From Oculina patagonica (lineage: Eukaryota): DNA of 64,000 nt. Location: positions 43,772,001 to 43,836,000 of the forward strand of contig NC_135761.1 of assembly GCF_052425735.1 (NCBI RefSeq). Reading direction: 5' to 3'. The notes below the pieces were generated by a model that was not told the DNA's origin, searched no databases, and saw nothing but the letters and a program-made list of their open reading frames with translations. This document shows, in pieces, positions 23,878 to 37,960 of this stretch. Position 1 is the first letter of the stretch, and the number at the start of each line of letters is the position of its first letter. A program made the translations under genes and the position numbers.

Positions 23878-26800
23878 ATGGCGAAGGCAAATCCTACGAA
23901 TGAAAAGGTCACGAGCGAACAAAACGAAGACCATCAAGTCGGCGATAAAATGACTGATAGGGAAAGAAGAGAAAGAATCCCTACCGAAAAGGGCGACTCA
24001 CTTCGCCTGGAAAGGCTTTTTGAGGAGCGTAAGGCTGCAGGAGTCGCTCTAAGGAGGCAAAGTACGAAAGTCGAAAGTGAGCAGTTTATTCGAATCGTTA
24101 AAAGAATCGGACGCAAGAGTTCTAGAGCAAGAGCGTGACAGTCTAGACTTGTGTAGGGATAGGATGAATGACGCTCATCACAATTATTAAAAGGAATTGC
24201 ATTACACTAAGGAATCAGGTAAAGCGTACAAGTGGTTTGATATTCGGGATCACGAAAATTTCCAATGTCGCATTAGAATTAATGAAGCCTTGCTTAGTAT
24301 GGAAAGACAAACAAGTGATAAAATGTCTCTGGTTTCATCAAAATTTTCCAAGCGTTCCTCCTCCTCTTCAGTAAGATCTAGAAGAGCAAAGACAGCGGCC
24401 AAGGCAACGTGTCTTCAAGTAGAAATGGAGGCGGCGTATAAGAAGCTCGTAATGCAAAAGAAGTTAGCTAACGCAAGGGCTGAGGAAGAAACCATGCGCA
24501 AAATCGAACAAGAAGAAAGGCAAGAGGATTTCACCCAGATCTCGAAGCATGAAATACCAATTCTAGACGTGAAACCCAAGCTTCCACCCAAAGAAGAACC
24601 TGGTGAAACGAAACCGTTGCAAGATGACGGGATCTTAAATCCAAAAGCTCCGCCCGGTGAACCCAAAATGGCCCACCACCATTACGTGACTCAAAGCCGG
24701 AGAGTTACCACAGAGCAGACGAGCTAACCTCGGTGGTGAAGCTTGTCGCCAAACAACAAAAACTGAGTATGCTCCCAGCATAGCAGCCCCCGGTTTTCTC
24801 TGGAAAATACTTCGACTACGCGGCATTTATCAGTGCATTCGAAAGTTGGATAGAGTGCCGAGTGAGCGATCCGAAGCAGAGGCTCTAATATTTAAGCCAG
24901 TTCACATCTGGGGACGCTAAGGAATCAATTTAAGGCCTCATTAACCTCGACCATCCGGATTCCTATGGTAAGGCAAGACAGGTATTAAAGGAAAGATTCG
25001 GTCATCCTTATCGCGTTGCAAAGGCCTACAAGGATAAGCTGAATGCTTGGCCTCCGATAAAAGAAGGGGACGGCGAGCGTTTGCAACAATTTGGTGATTT
25101 CCTGGTGCTTTGCGGCCAAGCCAGGAAGACGCTAAAGTACATGGAAGGTCTTAACTCCGAAGATACCCTTAGAAGGATAACGTCAAAGTTGCCAAGTAAC
25201 ATGGGAGTGAAATGGTGTCGTTTTGCCAACAAGATGTTAAAATCAGGAGAAAGGCTTGCTACGTTTCATGACGTTGTCAATTTGTAACGCAAGAAGCAGC
25301 CCTGGCAACTGACCCAGTATTCTCACCTGAAGCCCTCAAGGAAGCAAGAAAAAACGAGTTCACTAGCTGTAGCAGCAGTGACAACAACACCAACAGGAAC
25401 ACAACCTGGCGAAACAATGGAAGAAGAGACAAGAGTGCAAGTAGCTTCTCGACAAGTGCCACACCTCACGAAGATCAACCGCCACCATGTTCTTCATGTC
25501 CATTCTGTAACAGTCAGCAACACGATCTGGAGAAGTACTCAAGTTTCAAGAAGAAGACTGTTCAAGAAAAAAGAGCATTTGTCCAAGAAGCTAGAATATG
25601 TTTCGGTTGTTTCTGCTACGGCCACATGTCAAGAAGATGTCGAAACCGGAAGGTGTGCAAGACATGTAGCATGCCCCACCCGACCGTCCTTCATGATGAA
25701 AGCAGAATTTCTCCCAAGCAAAGTAGTGAAGACCAAGCAAGAGTTGTTCAGGCAGCTGAAGCAACTAGCAGCTGTACAAGTACCTGTAATGCTACTGGAG
25801 TCATCGATGCCATCATGAACTTTATGATTGTTCCGGTTCGAATGTACCACCAAGACAACCCCGAACGACAAGTGGTGATTTATGCGCTACTCAAACCAGC
25901 TAGTAACGGAACTTTCGTTAAGGAGAGCGTACTCGAAGAACTGCAAGTTAAGCGGCCACTTTTCAAAGTCCGGGAGGGTGGCCGCTTAATAGAGGTCGGA
26001 CTGTATTTCGTTCCTTGAGTACGTCTTGTGAAGCTTGATGTGGACCTCTCTATCCATTCTTTCCACGATAAGACCGCTTACTCTTCGAGTAGGAACTACT
26101 TCTGAATCATGCATTGTGTTCAACTTCAATTGAGTCTAATGGCAGTAAACATGATTTTATTGACTCTATATAGCAAAATGTTTTTAAAAAGTGAACATAT
26201 ATAAAGATAAATCCAAAATTCATTGTAACAAAACATCAAGTGCATTTCCAGCCGATGTATAGTTCTAGCTCTAATTCAGAGGGCACGTAGTTGAAATGTA
26301 CAGTATTTCTTCAGGTTGAAAATGTACAGAAAAATATGCAAAACATCGTTGACAAGTTTCTTAAGCCTTTTTGCATCAACAGTTAGTATGTAAAAAAATT
26401 AGCTCAAGATATTTCACGGACGATATATATCATCTGTCACCATTTCGCTTGGAAAGATAATTTGCTGGCCGCTTAATAGAGGTAAAAACCCATATAAATA
26501 ATACACTTGTGACAGCAAAAAGGTGGCTGCTGCCGCTTAATAGAGGTGGCCGTTAAATAGAAGTATCAAATACAGCAGTTCAGTGACAAATAAATCGGGA
26601 CTTTCGAAAGTGGCCGCTTAATGGAGGGTGGCCGCTTAATAGGTGGCTGCTTAATAGAGGTCGGACTGTACCATCGAGAAGAAACGAGATCCCAACACCA
26701 GAGTCGGCAGCAAAATGGCCACACCTAAGTCACTTAGCCAACAAGATTTACCCGTACCAAAACGATCTGCAAGTGGGACTTTTGATTGGCTTAAACTGTC

Positions 26801-29648
26801 CAAACGCCATAAAGCCGAAGCAGGTCATTCCTGGTAGGAGCAGCGATCCTTATGCCATCCGTACCCTCCTTGGTTGGGACATCATTGGTCCAGTGACAGG
26901 AAGTACCACCACAGAAGATTCGGATGTCTTATGTCACAGAGTTGCTGTGAAGGAGATTGGCAGCGAAGAATTTTCTTCCCATAGTTTTGTTGTTGAGGCA
27001 CGCGTAAAGGAAATCATCTCTCCAGAAGCAGTTAAGAGAATGTTCGAGCGAGATTTCAATGAAGGGAAACACGTGGCTCAACAAACCCTTTCCATGGATG
27101 ATCGAAGATTCATGGCGAAAGTTAAAGAAGGAATCACCCATCGTTCAGACGGACACTATGAACTGCCATTGCCACTACGAAATGAAGCGTTAGCCCTACC
27201 GAATAACGAGAAACGGTCTAAAATCTGTACCTTCCACAAGTGAGGCAAAGGAGCTCATACCCAAGACTAAAGAAATGTGTCGGCGCAGATGATTCAACCT
27301 GCATAAATTTACAAGCAACAAAAGAGAAGTCATCGAGTCCATACCAGTGGAGGATCGTGCGAAAGGCATTAAGGAGTTGAATCTCGAGAAGAATGAGCTG
27401 CCTATGAAAAGAGCGCTTGGTGTGAGTTGGTGTATCGAGTCAGACGCTTTCAAGTTCCAGATCGTAATGCAAGATCGCCCTTTAACGCGAAGAGGAATTC
27501 TGTATACTATTAGCAGTGTGTACGATCCGTTGGGGTTCCTGGAACCTCTAATCTTGACAGGAAAGGGCCTTCTACAAGATCTGTGTAGAGGTAAAGTGGA
27601 ATGGGACGACCCTATTCCCTAGAACGTAAGATCGCGTTGGCTGAAATGGAGGGATGCGTAACACCACTTAGAAGAACTCTCCGTTCGCAGATGTTTCAAA
27701 CCAGAAGGTTTCGGAACGGTGATGTCAACCCAGCTTCATCACTTCTCAGACGCAAGCACGACTGGGTATGGCCAGTGTTCATACGTTCATAAGGTAGACG
27801 ACAAAGGCCAGATCCACTGTTCCCTGATTATGCGCAAAGCAAATGGAGACACGTCGAAACGAAGTGTAACCCAGCCGATGATGCCTTACGTGGTATCACT
27901 GCCAAGGAAATCGTTGAAAGTTCAAGATGGATCTCAGGGCCAGAGTTCCTTTGGACGCCCGAAGACCAGTGGCCACAACCCCTCAAGGATCAAGACCTTG
28001 TCATCTTATGCAACAAGTACGCAAGAGCCATGGAGCCTTGCTGAAAGTTTAAGCTACTTCTCGGATTGGCACAGGGCTTGTAGAGCCGTTGCTATCTGTC
28101 TACGCTTCAAGCAAAAGCTCCGTCAACTGGCGTACTCCAAGAAGGAAAGTTGTGCTGAATCAGTCAAACGTCAATAAAGGCCTGCCCTGACAGTGGAAGA
28201 GCTTTTATCAGCTGAAAGGGTGGTCCTTAAAGCAGCCCAAAAGGTCGCCTTTTGTTAAAGCCGTTTCAAGAAGGGCAAGATGGATCATCTGCGCAGCAGA
28301 AGAAGAGAGCCATGAAGGCAACGAGCTCGTTGTACCGCCTCGACCCATTCTTTGACCATGATGGAGTACTGCGCGTTGGTAGTCGGATCCAGCGAGGGGC
28401 TTTCACAGATGAAACAAAGTTCCCAGTCATCCTTCCGAGGAAAGGCCACGTGACAGGTCTGATCATTAAGTACTACCATGAGAAGGTTCAACATCAAGGT
28501 CGTGGAATGTCCTTAAACGAGATCCGAGCTAATGGATTCTGGGTTATTGGCGGAACATCAGCTGTGGCATCCAAAATTGCAAAGTGTGTCACCTGCAGGA
28601 AGTTACGAGGTGCAGTCCAGGAGCAGAAAATGTCCGACCTTCCGGAGGATAGTCTGGAACCGGCACCCCCTGTACCTACTACGCCGTCGACTACTGTGGA
28701 CCATGGTATATTAAGGAGGGACGCAAGGGAGTAAAGAAGTATGTTGCCCTCTTCACGTGCATGGCATCAAGAGCCGTACATCGCGAAGTCTCGAATTCCT
28801 TGGAAACTGACTCGTTCTTCCAAGCCCTGCGTCGCTTCATCTGCAGAAGGGGTCCTGTGCGTCAGTTGCGCAGTGATCAAGGAACGAATTTCATTGGAGT
28901 AAAACGAAAGCTCCGCGACGCGTTGCTGTCTATGGATCAAGGCAAGATCAACGCTGAGATGTTGAAAGAGAATTGTGATTGGATGACCTTTAAGATGAAT
29001 CCCCCATCAGCGAGCCATGCAGGAGGAGTATGGGAGCGCCAAATCAGGACCATTCGCAACGTATTATCAGCCCTCCTGCAGAAGAGTGCAAGTTCCCTGG
29101 ATGGAGAGTCCTTTCACACGCTGATTTGTGAGACCGAAGCGATCGCGACCCAGAGTCACTATCTCCATTGACGCCAAATCATATCCTCACAATGAAAGCA
29201 AGGCCGGTTCTACCACCGCCTGGCGTTTTTCAAAGAGAGGACCTGTACTCAAGGAAACGTTGGCGAAGAGTTCAGCATGTCATGCGAATTCTGGGACCGT
29301 TGGAGGAAGGAGTTTCTTCATAGCTTACAAGAGAGGTCCAAGTGGACAAGGCCACGCCGTAACATGCAAGTTGGCGACGTGGTTATCGTTAAAGACGACA
29401 ACAAAAAGAGGAATCCGTGGAGCATTGCTCGTGTGATAAAAAAGTATCCCAACAAGGCCGATGGACTGGTGCGTAGTGTCAAGGTGGCAGTTGGAGACCC
29501 TGATCTCTCCAGCACTGGCAAGAGAGTGCACCCTCCATCAGTTCTGGAAAGACCCATTCAAAAGCTTGTCCTGCTGCTGCCAAGAGAGGAAAGACCGGGA
29601 TTCCAGCATGGGGAGCCATTAAACGAAGACATTCAGAAGAAGGACTAG
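23878..29648 (+). pseudogene. BEL/Pao gag-pol polyprotein, disrupted (stops, frameshifts, RT core deleted, MITE insertion)
   Basis: Gag FSG..DYAAFISAFES; Zn knuckles CFGCFCYGH..C and CKTCSMPHPTVLH; protease YALLKPASNGTF (K in place of the catalytic D). The RT jumps from LPNN to GLKSVPS, so YVDD is lost. RNase H LHHFSDAS; integrase HEKVQH..CVTC, VDYCGP, RSDQGTNF, GGVWERQIR; C-terminal [20 protein letters not shown]. Confidence 0.92.
25947..26670. mobile_element. Tc1/mariner-like MITE inserted into BEL pol (left end truncated)
   Basis: Repeated GGTGGCCGCTTAATAGAGG motifs; the terminus ..GAGGTCGGACTG|TA interrupts the protease region. Confidence 0.75.
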
Positions 29649-29809
29649 ACACGGACATGTCAACGAACTCTGAACTTGTTAGTTTAATTATGTTTCGTTT
29701 TGCTTTGAAATACGGTGATTTCAAGGGGAGCCATGTAAGTGCCCCTATGGCACGGTTTATCCCTTGTTTTGATTTTGTTGTTTTGATTCAGTAATTGTTT
29801 AATCAATAG

Positions 29810-30435
29810 CAGGGGGGGGGGGGGAGAAACTCTCTTTGTTACACGACTGAAAAAGGGGACATAGCGGTGCCGGGCAACAGAATGTGCGCAGTAGCTATCG
29901 AATGGTGGCTAAGGGCACAGTGAATAGCTTGACAAAGTCATTGTCTAGTTCACATGTCTTTGTCATGACCGTGAACAAAACACAATAGCTATTTGCATTT
30001 TGCTTGTTCTTTTGAAGTTTGCCGGACATCACAACAACAAACGGTGATATCGGTGTCCATTCTGGCAAGAGTAGGGCTTGCGAATTATACGAATTAAAAA
30101 TAACTCCAATGATTCTGAAATGATTTACCATTTTTTGGTTGTTAAATGTCAACCGTGACCAATTTTTCGCTTGGTATTCCACGCCGCCAAAATATTCTCA
30201 GTGACGTGAAACATGAGGTGAGAAATCAGTGGCGTGAAACATCAGACGCAAACACCGTCACTATTCGCATTTCACACACATGCAGTCATTGATATTTAAA
30301 TCTTTCTGAGAAAACAAAACTTTGGGTGACGTCTTTCATAGCAACGGCTTGATTGATATAGACTCACACCCTGTATCCAGGCACTGCTATGTCTCCAAAG
30401 AAAAGTGCCGACTTTCTCCCCCCCCCCCCCCACTG
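29810..30435. mobile_element. hAT-type MITE inserted in the 3' LTR
   Basis: CAG(G)n-AGAAA ... TTTCT-(C)n-ACTG termini; perfect 8-bp TSD ATCAATAG (29802-29809, 30436-30443). Confidence 0.88.
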
Positions 30436-32639
30436 ATCAATAGTCACACTAGGTGGCTCGTCACGCGCTCCTTAAGCCGTATCGCATTTCCACGCAGAAC
30501 GCATCTTTTGTGTAATTTAATAATTTGATCGATTTCACAAGCACTCGTGGTCTGAAGGAAGGCAAAGAAATTGTCTGTCGTTTTTTATCGAAGGAAGGAA
30601 AGGTTTTTTCAGGGACAACTCTCGCTAGATCCGGCAACAATGAAAGTTTAATTTACCTAGAGTATTTCTTTAGCTAATTTCTTGTTGCTAATTTTGTAAA
30701 TCAATTATTTTTAGTTTCACGGTCAGATACAACATTAAAGGAGGCGTTCCATAAAAGAAATTGGTTCGATATTCGTTGAGCCGATCATCAGTGGGAATTG
30801 CACGGTCCAGCTAGCGGCGGACAAGCGCCGCTATAAACGGTTTTTAAGAATATTTGATTAAGTGTAGTACTCTGGAAAATTCGAACTTGGACCGGCCATG
30901 GTACCCCACCGATTTGGCTGAAATTTTGCATGTAGTCTTGGTTTGGGGTCTTAACTACGGATTGGATATTTTTAAGTTCTCTAAATTATTACTTTGGGAA
31001 TTATGAACATGGCCTGTTTTGATCGGCCCCGAAGGCGAACCAATATGGCGGAACGAAGGACTACTTGTCACTTTACCTACAAGCGTACCATGAGCTTTCG
31101 ACAAAAACTATTAGTGCCATCTTAAAGATTCATTCTTTTACTCTTGTCCTGTACCGAAAATTTTGTCGAAATTAAACGTTTTGGTTTTTAACGAGCAAAA
31201 TGTTGTAGTGTACCTCTAGGTTGCTTTAAAGACTTATGAATTTACTGTTTATCGAAAGACCAATATCTCCCATGTTATGTCGATAGCACGCAATTAAAAA
31301 TTTTTTCAAGTTGCTAAGGTTTGACGATTGTGAAACCACCAACACCAACAATAATGAGGAGAAGCATTTGAATTATCTTCGATGATTGATAAAGTGTCAG
31401 AAATATTACTTCTAAATAGTGATTTCTAGCTGAATAAAGACAGTTTGCGTCGTTGGAATGATTTCAAAGAGGAGTTATTATCACTTCTTCGATTTACTGA
31501 TGGAAATAAAGTAAATACATTATGAACGTCAGTAGTGAAATATGGCCGCTCTTCTGCGGATGAAATGAATAAAGATCATTACCTGATATCCAGTAAAGGC
31601 GCTTAATCGTCGAACAAACGGAAGAAAATTACGCAAAACAAACACAAATGAGGATGGACATTAAAACCGTATTTTTTATAGGCCTAGGATCATACCGGCC
31701 TATGGCGCCATTAGCATTTTGGAAGTGTCACTTGCAGTAAACATGCACTTTGCTAGTTTCTGTTGTTATTCAATAAGTTAAATGCTTGACTCACCTTTAG
31801 GCTTTTCCAACAGCTATCAGCACTCTCTCAGATAATCTAAGCACCATTTAAACCTCGCTTTGCTTCCGCATTTCCATTATAGATCACAAAGCAACAGAAG
31901 GGACGAATTAAGTTTAAGATTTCGATCAATGCTCTGTGAAACTGACATCCTTGGCAAACCGCAATGTTAATTCAATTATATCACGTCTGTGAAAACTTTG
32001 GAAATTTCCCACGGTGCAAACGAAGTGCTAATAGTTTTTGTAATCTCATAAAATATAACATGGAATTAAAAATTTGAGCTCGAACGTTTGAATGCAGTTA
32101 ATATTCACGATCGTTTTTTAGCGTTGAATTTTCTGAGAAAAGCACGAGGTTAAAAGTTAACAATATTTGGCGAAGCATGTACGAAGTTGTTAATTCCACT
32201 TCCTTGTACAATTTTTCTGAAGTTGTATAAAAACGATAGATCATTTCATTGATGAACATGTACTAATTATTACTCTTAAATATTTGTAATTCAGTTCATT
32301 TTAGAAAATAACGTTCAAATGGTGGCTCAGCTAGCAAATAAAGGGACAAATAGTTTTTGCTCCCTACCCTAATGGAAACAGTAAGGGCCAGCTTTCACTC
32401 CGACTTTCCCCTTTCATTAGAACAAGGGAGGGAGGGGGCTCATCTCACCTTATTGGAATAGAGTCGCTTATTACAGTATAAGTACTAATTGGAGCAGGTG
32501 CGCTGTAAACAGGCACTGGATAAGGGGGGGGGGGGGGGCTTATTGGAACTGGAATAGGAACGCCCTCATTGGAGGAAAAAAGGGCGGGCACCTTTTTGGA
32601 ATATAGGAAGCGATAACTGGAATAGGTGTGTTCATCGGA

Positions 32640-32958
32640 AGTGTTATTGACCAAGCGTGAGGTCAAGCTGACTGGATATTGCCCAAGTTCCGTTTTGCAT
32701 TTTTCTTTTATGGACCGAGACGAAGTCGGGGTCAATAAAAACGCAAAAAGAGACGACGCCGATATCCATGTAGCCATCTTGACAAAAAATGCCTGATCAA
32801 TAAAGGATTTATTACATGGCCAAAAAGAGACATTCTTCTCGCGGGACCGACGCGGGAAATCTTAAGCGGGCAAGATACGCCCATCTTGGATGCTAGCGTA
32901 GCCAATCAGAATAAAGGATTCGCTTCATCTTGCCCGCGCGAGGATTCAGTCATATAAA
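32640..32958 (+). mobile_element. Short non-autonomous repeat with internal inverted GTCAAG(A)TGGCTGGATAT motif
   Basis: GTTATTGACCAAGCGTGAGGTCAAG..GGATAT ... ATATCC..GCCATCTTGAC..GATCAATAA, inserted among GGGCGCTTATTGGAATAG subterminal repeats. Confidence 0.55.
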
Positions 32959-34569
32959 AATGGAGCTTATTGGAATAGTAGCATTAATTGGAACAGGGGC
33001 GTTTATCAGAATTGGGATGCCTATTAGAATATGGGCGCTTATTGGACTAGAAACGATTATAAAGGGTTTTCACTGTAACGGCACTGTCACGCCGCGTAAA
33101 AATTAATCCAATACTTTTGAGGAAAAAAATCAGGAATATTATAGGTTTTAGAAAACTACTATATAAACTACTTGTCCAAGGTTCAGGTTTGTACGTTATT
33201 CCGTTCTCGTGCAAAATGTTTCATTTGGCATTAAATTCTGCTACAAAGGGTGGTCAAATCACCCCCATGAATAAGTAAACATTCACATAAACACTTCTCG
33301 CAAAACCTCAACTGATCAGATTGTTAAAAATCGCAGGATAAGGCATTTTCTTTTAGAAAACGTGACAGCCTTCTGGCGGCGTGAAACTCTGAAACTGAAT
33401 TCGAAATTCACTATCTTAAAGACGGCGAATGCTATCGAGCTAAACACCGTCAGCAAGATATATATTAAGGGAGTCTAATAGCCAGTGAAGGATAAAAACT
33501 TCTGGGTTTTAGAATTTTGATGACGACACATGACAGCATGAAAACCAAATAAAATGAGAATACCTGCTGCACAGAAAAAGGCCCACCGGGCCATTCAATG
33601 GTTCAGACTTGTTGTAACTATGGCAAGGAGGGGGTACAACGTGCCCCAATTATTCATTATATTTTTTATTATTGTTTAAATCAGTTGACAAGAGAATATA
33701 TGATTTTTAGAATTTCTTTTGTGTGAACTAGTAACCAATCGCATTGAAACATTTCTTGTTCGCGGCTTTTGATTGGCTTGGAGACATTTTCTTGCTTTGG
33801 TCGCGTCATCAGAGTGTTTTATTTTACAAATTCCTTTTACAAAAAGTGTATGAATTTTTTCAATAAAAACACGTCAAGCACCACTTGAGGTCTTATAATT
33901 AACTTAATGGCGGAGCTTTACTATTTTAACCGTAAAATGTTTCTTTGGTTTGCGAAAAACGGGAAATCTGAAATGATCTTCAAACTGTACAAGCACACAA
34001 ACGACAGGTGATGGCGAGAACATTCGTAAGCTGTGTGTTTTGTACTCTCATAAAGGCTGGTTCCCATATAATCGCCCTGATCGTTTCAATCGCTTCTGTC
34101 ACCTTAAAAAAGTTGTCTTGCGATCGGGGCGATTATATATGAGAAAATTACACAGACGATCGCTAACGTCTGCGGCGATTGGGGCAATCACGATTGCTTG
34201 GATCGCCCGTGTTCTATCCTTCTAGCTTCTCTATCCCTTCCTCGCCGTAAAACTGTAATAACTGAAAAGATAGGAGGCCACGAGTTGTGCCCCTCACCTC
34301 CACCCCCTAATGAAAATAACATATAATACTATTATATCAGAATAGGGCACTTTTAACATTGAGGTTGCTTATAGGAAAAGGTATGCCTTTTAGAATAGGG
34401 CGCTCATGACAGCAGGGACAGGGGCGCTTATCAGTATAAGGATGCGTATTGGAATTGGGCGCTTAATGTTCAAAAGGTCTCATCCCCATTAAATATAATA
34501 AACGGTTCTTCGTGTTACATCGTTTTACCTTAGGGCACTTTTATACGCCCAATAGATAGCGTAAGATGT

Positions 34570-35720
34570 TAGTGGCGGATCCAGGGGGGAAAGTTCGGGT
34601 TTCCGAAAGCCCCCCTCAACAGACATGACACTTGCCTGACACTGAAATTCTTGCATCGACAGTGATAAGGGAACGGTCATAAAGTACAGAGGGGGGTGGG
34701 CTATGAAAAATTGGGGGTGGGCCACTATTTTTCAACATGTCAAAAAGGGTGGGTCAGGAAAAAAAATGCACTGCATTTGGGGTGGGTCATGGTTAAATTA
34801 TTCATAAAACAGCATCTATAAAAGTGCAAACATTCTATCAGGATGCCTAAAACAGCGTTTCTGAGGTGCTAAAAATCTAAATGTTCCCGTGGAACATTCC
34901 CCCAGACCCCCTAATTTGCCTTGTACCAAACATCATTAACTCAAAACCACCAACTATTGTTATCCCTTTAAACTGCAGAGACTACTTCTACAATGGTACA
35001 AATATTCACCAGAATGCAGAAATAGTATTTCTGAGTTTCTAAAAATCTGAATTTCCCGGGGAGCATTCTCCCGGACCCCTCTACTTTGCCACGGGCTCCT
35101 GACTTTGCTTTGTACAAAAATCATTAACTCAAAACCACCAACTATTAGTATCCCTTTGCACTGTAAAAAGTTCATCTAAAACAGTACAAAAATTCTACCA
35201 GAATGTCTAAGATAGCATTTCAGGATTCTAATACTGACATGATTCAAACTTTCGATCTCGATAACTTTTTGGAGATTTTGACTAAAGTGGTAAGCTAATG
35301 TTCCCTTTGTACCTATCTACACTACTGATTTTGGTTGGCGGGGGAGGGGTGGAGGTGGGCCACCAGGTTTTTCTGTGCCACTCCAGGGGTGGGCCACCCC
35401 AATTGTGTGAAATAATTCGGGGGTGGGCCACTGATATCAGTACTTAAAAAGAAAAAATTCATAGCCCATCCCCCCCCCCTGAACATTATGACCGGTCCCA
35501 AACTACACTTCTCTCACGCACGTGTATTAGTACTGTTTATGGTAGCTCATAGTTTTCATCTTTTTTAAACCATGGATGTGCAACCGATACTGGTGGCTGG
35601 TGAGGAGATGCGGGGGTGAAGTTATTTGAAGCAAAAAAGTTTCAACAGTGTTTTCTGAATCAAATTTTGGACCCCCCCCCCCCACCCCCTGCTAATAAAA
35701 AATTTCTGGATAAGCCCCTG
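34570..35720. mobile_element. hAT-like MITE with 5-bp TSD, containing a nested MITE at 34669-35499
   Basis: TAGTGGCGGATCCAG ... CTGGATAAGCCCCTG flanked by GATGT on both sides. The nested element has TIRs GGGAACGGTCATAA..GGGTGGGCTATGAA / TTCATAGCCCATCC..TTATGACCGGTCCC. Confidence 0.7.
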
Positions 35721-37210
35721 GATGTTGATTGTGTCCCAAATCTTGTTTGTTTGTTGTATTGATGTTGTGTTCGAATTATAAAACCTATGCGCGATTCTTG
35801 GCAAAATATATAGTTTCATTATAACAAAGATAAAAGATAAGATTCTTTCTGATATTTTCCCTTTCGTTCGGTGAGTTCGTTGTGCCCGAATAGCTCATCT
35901 ACTGTTCGACAGCGGGCATTTCGACCCCGACCCCTCCACCCTTAGCCATTGCTAAAATTGTGCATTTCAAGTGCAGTTTATTTATTTAGTGTCGCTCGAG
36001 ATATTCCGTCCAAAAACACAGAAATATACCAAGCTTCAACTTAACTTAAAATAACTGGAGGGAGAACTGTTGATATTGGAATGCCTTAGTTAAACACAAG
36101 GTAAGTCCAGCTTTGAACTATTTCAGCAAAGTAACAACGTTCGAATGTATTACGTGACGAAGATATAATGTAACTTGATGTTGAATATTTACTTTGGAGC
36201 AGATCATAATCTTTCACGTTATTCAGATCAATATTTAACTGCACTTGTATTCTAAGAATATTTTGCTGTTTTGTCGCTTTATGAATAGTTTAATCGGCTT
36301 GAAATGCAAAATAAAATAAGTGTGCGGCTTCCTTTGGGCATATTGATAAAGAACTGTTTCAAGGCCGTTCTTTGTTTATATCAGTTAAATCAAAGCAGTG
36401 ATCGAGAGCCTTCTACAAAATTATTCAAACGATTTTTCCTCTTTATTTAGGGTACTAAATCGTTGTTTGAAAACAAAATTTGCTTACATTTTTTTCGAAG
36501 AAGACGAAAATGTCAACGCTTTATCTCCACATTGTACCACGACGTTCATGTTGATGGTTGCATCATACCGCAAAGTACAGCAACTTGTTAAATTGTTTTC
36601 TCTTTTCCAAATAGAGTTGCCCATATTTTTATTTCTGATATCAAATCATCTATAAAAACTCTACATGTCTGATAAATGGCACGTTCTCAATCGACATAAC
36701 ATGGGAGATATCGGTCTTTCGTTATACCGTAAATTTATGAGTCGAAAAATCATGCTGGAAGTACCGTACAGCATCTTGCTCGTTCAAAATCCAAACTTTT
36801 CGTTTCAGCAAATGTTCGATACAGAACGAAAGTAAAAAGATAGCTCTTTAAGGTGGTGCAAATGGTTTTTGCTAAAATGTTATGTTAGGCTCGGAGATAG
36901 AGTAACAAGAAGTCCTTCGATCCGCCATATTTGCTAGCTCTCGAAGCCGATCGAAAATGGCTGTCTCCTTCATTTCAAAAGTAAAAATTTATAGAACTTT
37001 AAAACATCCGTTTCGTACTAAGGACCCCAAATCATGATTACATGCAAAATTTCAGCCAAATCGGTGAGGTACCGTGGCCGCGACCTTTTAAAATTGTTCG
37101 AAACTTCAGAGTATAACACTTAATAGCTTAAAGTAGGATACTTATCAGTTAGGGGTTTTAAAACAATTCACAATAAAAACTAACGGTAAAAATTCGCGAA
37201 TTTTCACCGA

Positions 37211-37318
37211 ATTTTGAAACGGATTTTGAAACGGATTTTGAAACGGATTTTGAAACGGATTTTGAAACGGATTTTGAAACGGATTTTGAAACGGATTTTG
37301 AAACGGATTTTGAAACGG
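37211..37318. repeat. Perfect 12-bp tandem repeat (ATTTTGAAACGG)x9
   Basis: Directly visible. Confidence 0.95.
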
Positions 37319-37960
37319 TTGGCTTGGTCCATTAGACGTAGGAACTGACTTTGACCTGCGAATCGTAGAATCGACAGGTGGACGAAATAATCGGAGTCGA
37401 ACAAAAACGAAGATTACATTTAAAACGTTTACAGAGGGAAAGCATTTATTTTAATGTTTTGTTTGTACGTGCTAATCTTAAACGTAACCTCGGTATAAAT
37501 CAGTGCTCTTTGCGTGATGTAAGCCGTTCAGGTTGTAGTCGCCTTGAAATTAGCCTGTGAACAGCATTTCCCATTTCCTCAATACCGGAAGTTTTCATAC
37601 TAATCCAAACCTAGATCTCCAAACACATGATTTTTCATGATGTTAAGAACCGAAATAGAACCACGAGGAATCTTTTGAAAACAAAACATAAACAAAAAGG
37701 CTTTAAGAATATCTTTTCAAGGCCGACGTCTGCAGGAAGTTTCATCAAAAAGGATTGAGCCTATTTGTAACGCCTGGAAGACTTTCTCAGACAATGAAAC
37801 TAAAATAAAATTGTAATAAATGAAATCAGCCACGGATTTACTACAAGCTTTTATACCATTATATGACGAGTGCCGAGAAACCTTATTTTACTTATTTGTA
37901 GAGCAGACTTGGTCTAAAGACATATTAGCGTGTCTATTTTAGATCGATTTCTGCTTTTGT

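Larger units (their letters stand above)
23447..30835 (+). mobile_element. Decayed BEL/Pao LTR retrotransposon (5' LTR remnant 23447-23819; 3' LTR 29734-30835, interrupted by a hAT MITE)
   Basis: A ~370-bp direct repeat flanks gag-pol. The internal region starts GTGAAAA. The polypurine tract AAGGGGAGCCA is followed by TGT at 29734. Confidence 0.88.
30862..37119. mobile_element. Large TTAA-flanked non-autonomous element with long imperfect TIRs (Kolobok- or foldback-like) and several nested insertions
   Basis: TTAA|GTGTAGTACTCTG ... CAGAGTATAACAC|TTAA. Inverted similarity runs over at least 430 bp (e.g. CCGATTTGGCTGAAATTTTGCATGTA, ATCTCCCATGTTATGTCGAT). Confidence 0.75.

Noticed and set aside
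37204-37404. KIRF-repeat ORF
   Set aside because: Translation of the 12-bp tandem repeat.
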